Shown: positions 62,544-64,000 of the stretch, one piece after another
Layout of the letters: each line of letters opens with the position of its first letter
Numbering within the stretch: position 1 is the first letter of the stretch
Made by a program: the position numbers and the translations under genes
Assembly: GCA_016869535.1 (NCBI GenBank)
Contig: VGDX01000011.1
Span: forward strand, 23,932 to 87,931
Length of the DNA stretch: 64,000 nucleotides
Direction: 5' to 3'
From: Alphaproteobacteria bacterium
GTDB lineage: Bacteria; Pseudomonadota; Alphaproteobacteria; Rhizobiales; Methyloligellaceae
The notes under the pieces: generated by a model
Seen by the model: the letters and a program-made list of their open reading frames with translations, nothing else
Databases searched by the model: none
Told to the model about the DNA's origin: nothing

Positions 62544-64000
62544 ATGGCCAAGGCAAAAACTTCGGCGAAAACCACGACGAAACGCGCCGAGCCGGCAGGC
62601 TCACCGGACGGGTCGGTCTATATCGGGCAGAGCGTCAAGCCGGAATATATCTGGCTGCGTCTCGCCAACCGCCACGGCCTGATCACCGGCGCCACCGGCA
62701 CCGGCAAGACCGTAACCCTGCAGGGCCTGGCCGAGGCCTTCTCCGATGCCGGCGTGCCGGTGTTCTGCGCCGACGTGAAGGGCGATCTCTCCGGCGTGGC
62801 CGAGAAGGGCGAGTCCAAGCCCTGGATCGAGGAGCGCGCCGCCAAGATCGGCTACACGGTCGAATACCAAGCCTATCCCGTCATCTTCTGGGACCTGTTC
62901 GGCAAGCAGGGCCACCCGATCCGCGCCACGGTTACCGAGGTCGGGCCGCTGCTCCTCTCCCGCCTCATGAATCTGAACGACACGCAGGAGGGCGTGCTCA
63001 ACATCGCCTTCAAGCTCGCCGACGAGGAGAAGCTGCCGCTCCTCGACCTCAAGGACCTGCAATCGCTGCTCGAAGACCTCGCCGCCCGCGCCGACACGCT
63101 CACCACCCGCTACGGTAACATCACCAAGGCCACCATCGGCACCATCCAGCGCGCGCTGCTCGTGCTCGAGCAGCAGGGCGCCGAACATTTCTTTGGCGAG
63201 CCGGCGCTCAAGATCGGCGATTTGATGCGCACCACGCGCGACGGGCGCGGGCTGATCAGCGTGCTCGCCGCCGACCGGCTGATGAGTTCGCCTCGGCTTT
63301 ACGCGACCTTCCTGCTGTTCCTGCTGTCGGAGCTGTTCGAGGAACTGCCCGAGGTCGGCGATCCCGACAAGCCGGAACTCGTGTTCTTCTTCGACGAGGC
63401 GCATCTCCTGTTCCGCGACGCGCCCAAGGCGCTGCTGGAGAAGGTCGAGCAGGTGGTGCGGCTGATCCGCTCCAAGGGCGTCGGCGTCTATTTCGTCACG
63501 CAGAACCCGCTCGACATCCCCGACACGGTGTCGCGCCAGCTCGGCAACCGCATCCAGCATGCGCTGCGCGCCTTCACCCCGGCCGAGCAGAAGGCCGTCC
63601 GCGCGGCGGCGCAGACCTTCCGCAAGAACCCCAAGATCGACACCGAGCAGGCGATCATGCAGCTCGGCATCGGCGAGGCGCTGGTCTCGACGCTCGACGA
63701 GCGCGGCCAGCCGACCGTGGCCGAGATCACATGGGTCAAGCCGCCCAACTCGCGCGTCGGCCCGATCAGCGATGCCGAGCGCAAGGCGGTGATCGAGGAG
63801 AGCCCGGTGCGCGGTGTGTATGACGAGCGTGAGGATCGCGAATCGGCGCACGAGATACTAGAGAAGCGCAACGCCGAGCGCGCGTCACAGGTCGAGCCCG
63901 AGGCGCGGTCAAGCGGACGCAAGACGGGTCCTGCCAAGGAAGAAGAGGGAGGCGGCTGGCTCGACTGGCTGCTCAGCCCGTTCACATGGATTCTCGGTCT
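62544..64000 (+). CDS. HerA-like ATPase, DUF853/YjgR family; runs off the window end, so absent from the ORF track
   Basis: Hand-translated from ATG 62544: [40 protein letters not shown] and [11 protein letters not shown]. Confidence 0.9.
   Translation, partial: MAKAKTSAKTTTKRAEPAGSPDGSVYIGQSVKPEYIWLRLANRHGLITGATGTGKTVTLQGLAEAFSDAGVPVFCADVKGDLSGVAEKGESKPWIEERAAKIGYTVEYQAYPVIFWDLFGKQGHPIRATVTEVGPLLLSRLMNLNDTQEGVLNIAFKLADEEKLPLLDLKDLQSLLEDLAARADTLTTRYGNITKATIGTIQRALLVLEQQGAEHFFGEPALKIGDLMRTTRDGRGLISVLAADRLMSSPRLYATFLLFLLSELFEELPEVGDPDKPELVFFFDEAHLLFRDAPKALLEKVEQVVRLIRSKGVGVYFVTQNPLDIPDTVSRQLGNRIQHALRAFTPAEQKAVRAAAQTFRKNPKIDTEQAIMQLGIGEALVSTLDERGQPTVAEITWVKPPNSRVGPISDAERKAVIEESPVRGVYDEREDRESAHEILEKRNAERASQVEPEARSSGRKTGPAKEEEGGGWLDWLLSPFTWILG

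Overview
GC-rich alphaproteobacterial chromosome segment. Gene content (tmm, mcmA/mcmB/meaB, phasin, TIGR03808-like, CtrA-like boxes) suggests a Hyphomicrobiales methylotroph-like organism; this is an inference. I saw no rRNA, tRNA, CRISPR array, integrase or transposase. Left to right: (1) a methylated-amine block with a partial Tdm-like aminomethyltransferase, trimethylamine monooxygenase tmm, and a divergent five-gene branched-chain-type (HAAT) ABC transporter carrying an extra TPR-like gene; (2) aph(6)-like kinase, moaE, moaD, pgsA, uvrC and an SDR; (3) an envelope/stress region with porins, RNase T2, Csp, RlpA, a lytic transglycosylase, a ligase-only LigD, and two small genes missed by the ORF track (a 37-aa lipoprotein and a 42-aa membrane peptide); (4) a TRAP + glutamine-synthetase-like + ALDH + Fe-ADH + amidohydrolase gamma-glutamylation cluster, probably for ethanolamine; (5) uvrB, an H1-like basic protein, a catalytically degenerate class GN-like sortase, yciF, aatA, EF-G2, a class V aminotransferase, phasin, an L,D-transpeptidase, a CHAP-like protein and trxB; (6) lrp, asparaginase II, a shortened TIGR03808 beta-helix, pcp, a tandem RHH pair, meaB, an inserted beta-helix gene, mcmA, mcmB and a partial DUF853 ATPase. 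Best candidates for undescribed biology: the tmm-linked HAAT transporter with its accessory protein, the micro-lipoprotein locus, the pseudo-sortase and the RHH pair. Family assignments come from motifs I recognised by eye, not from database searches.
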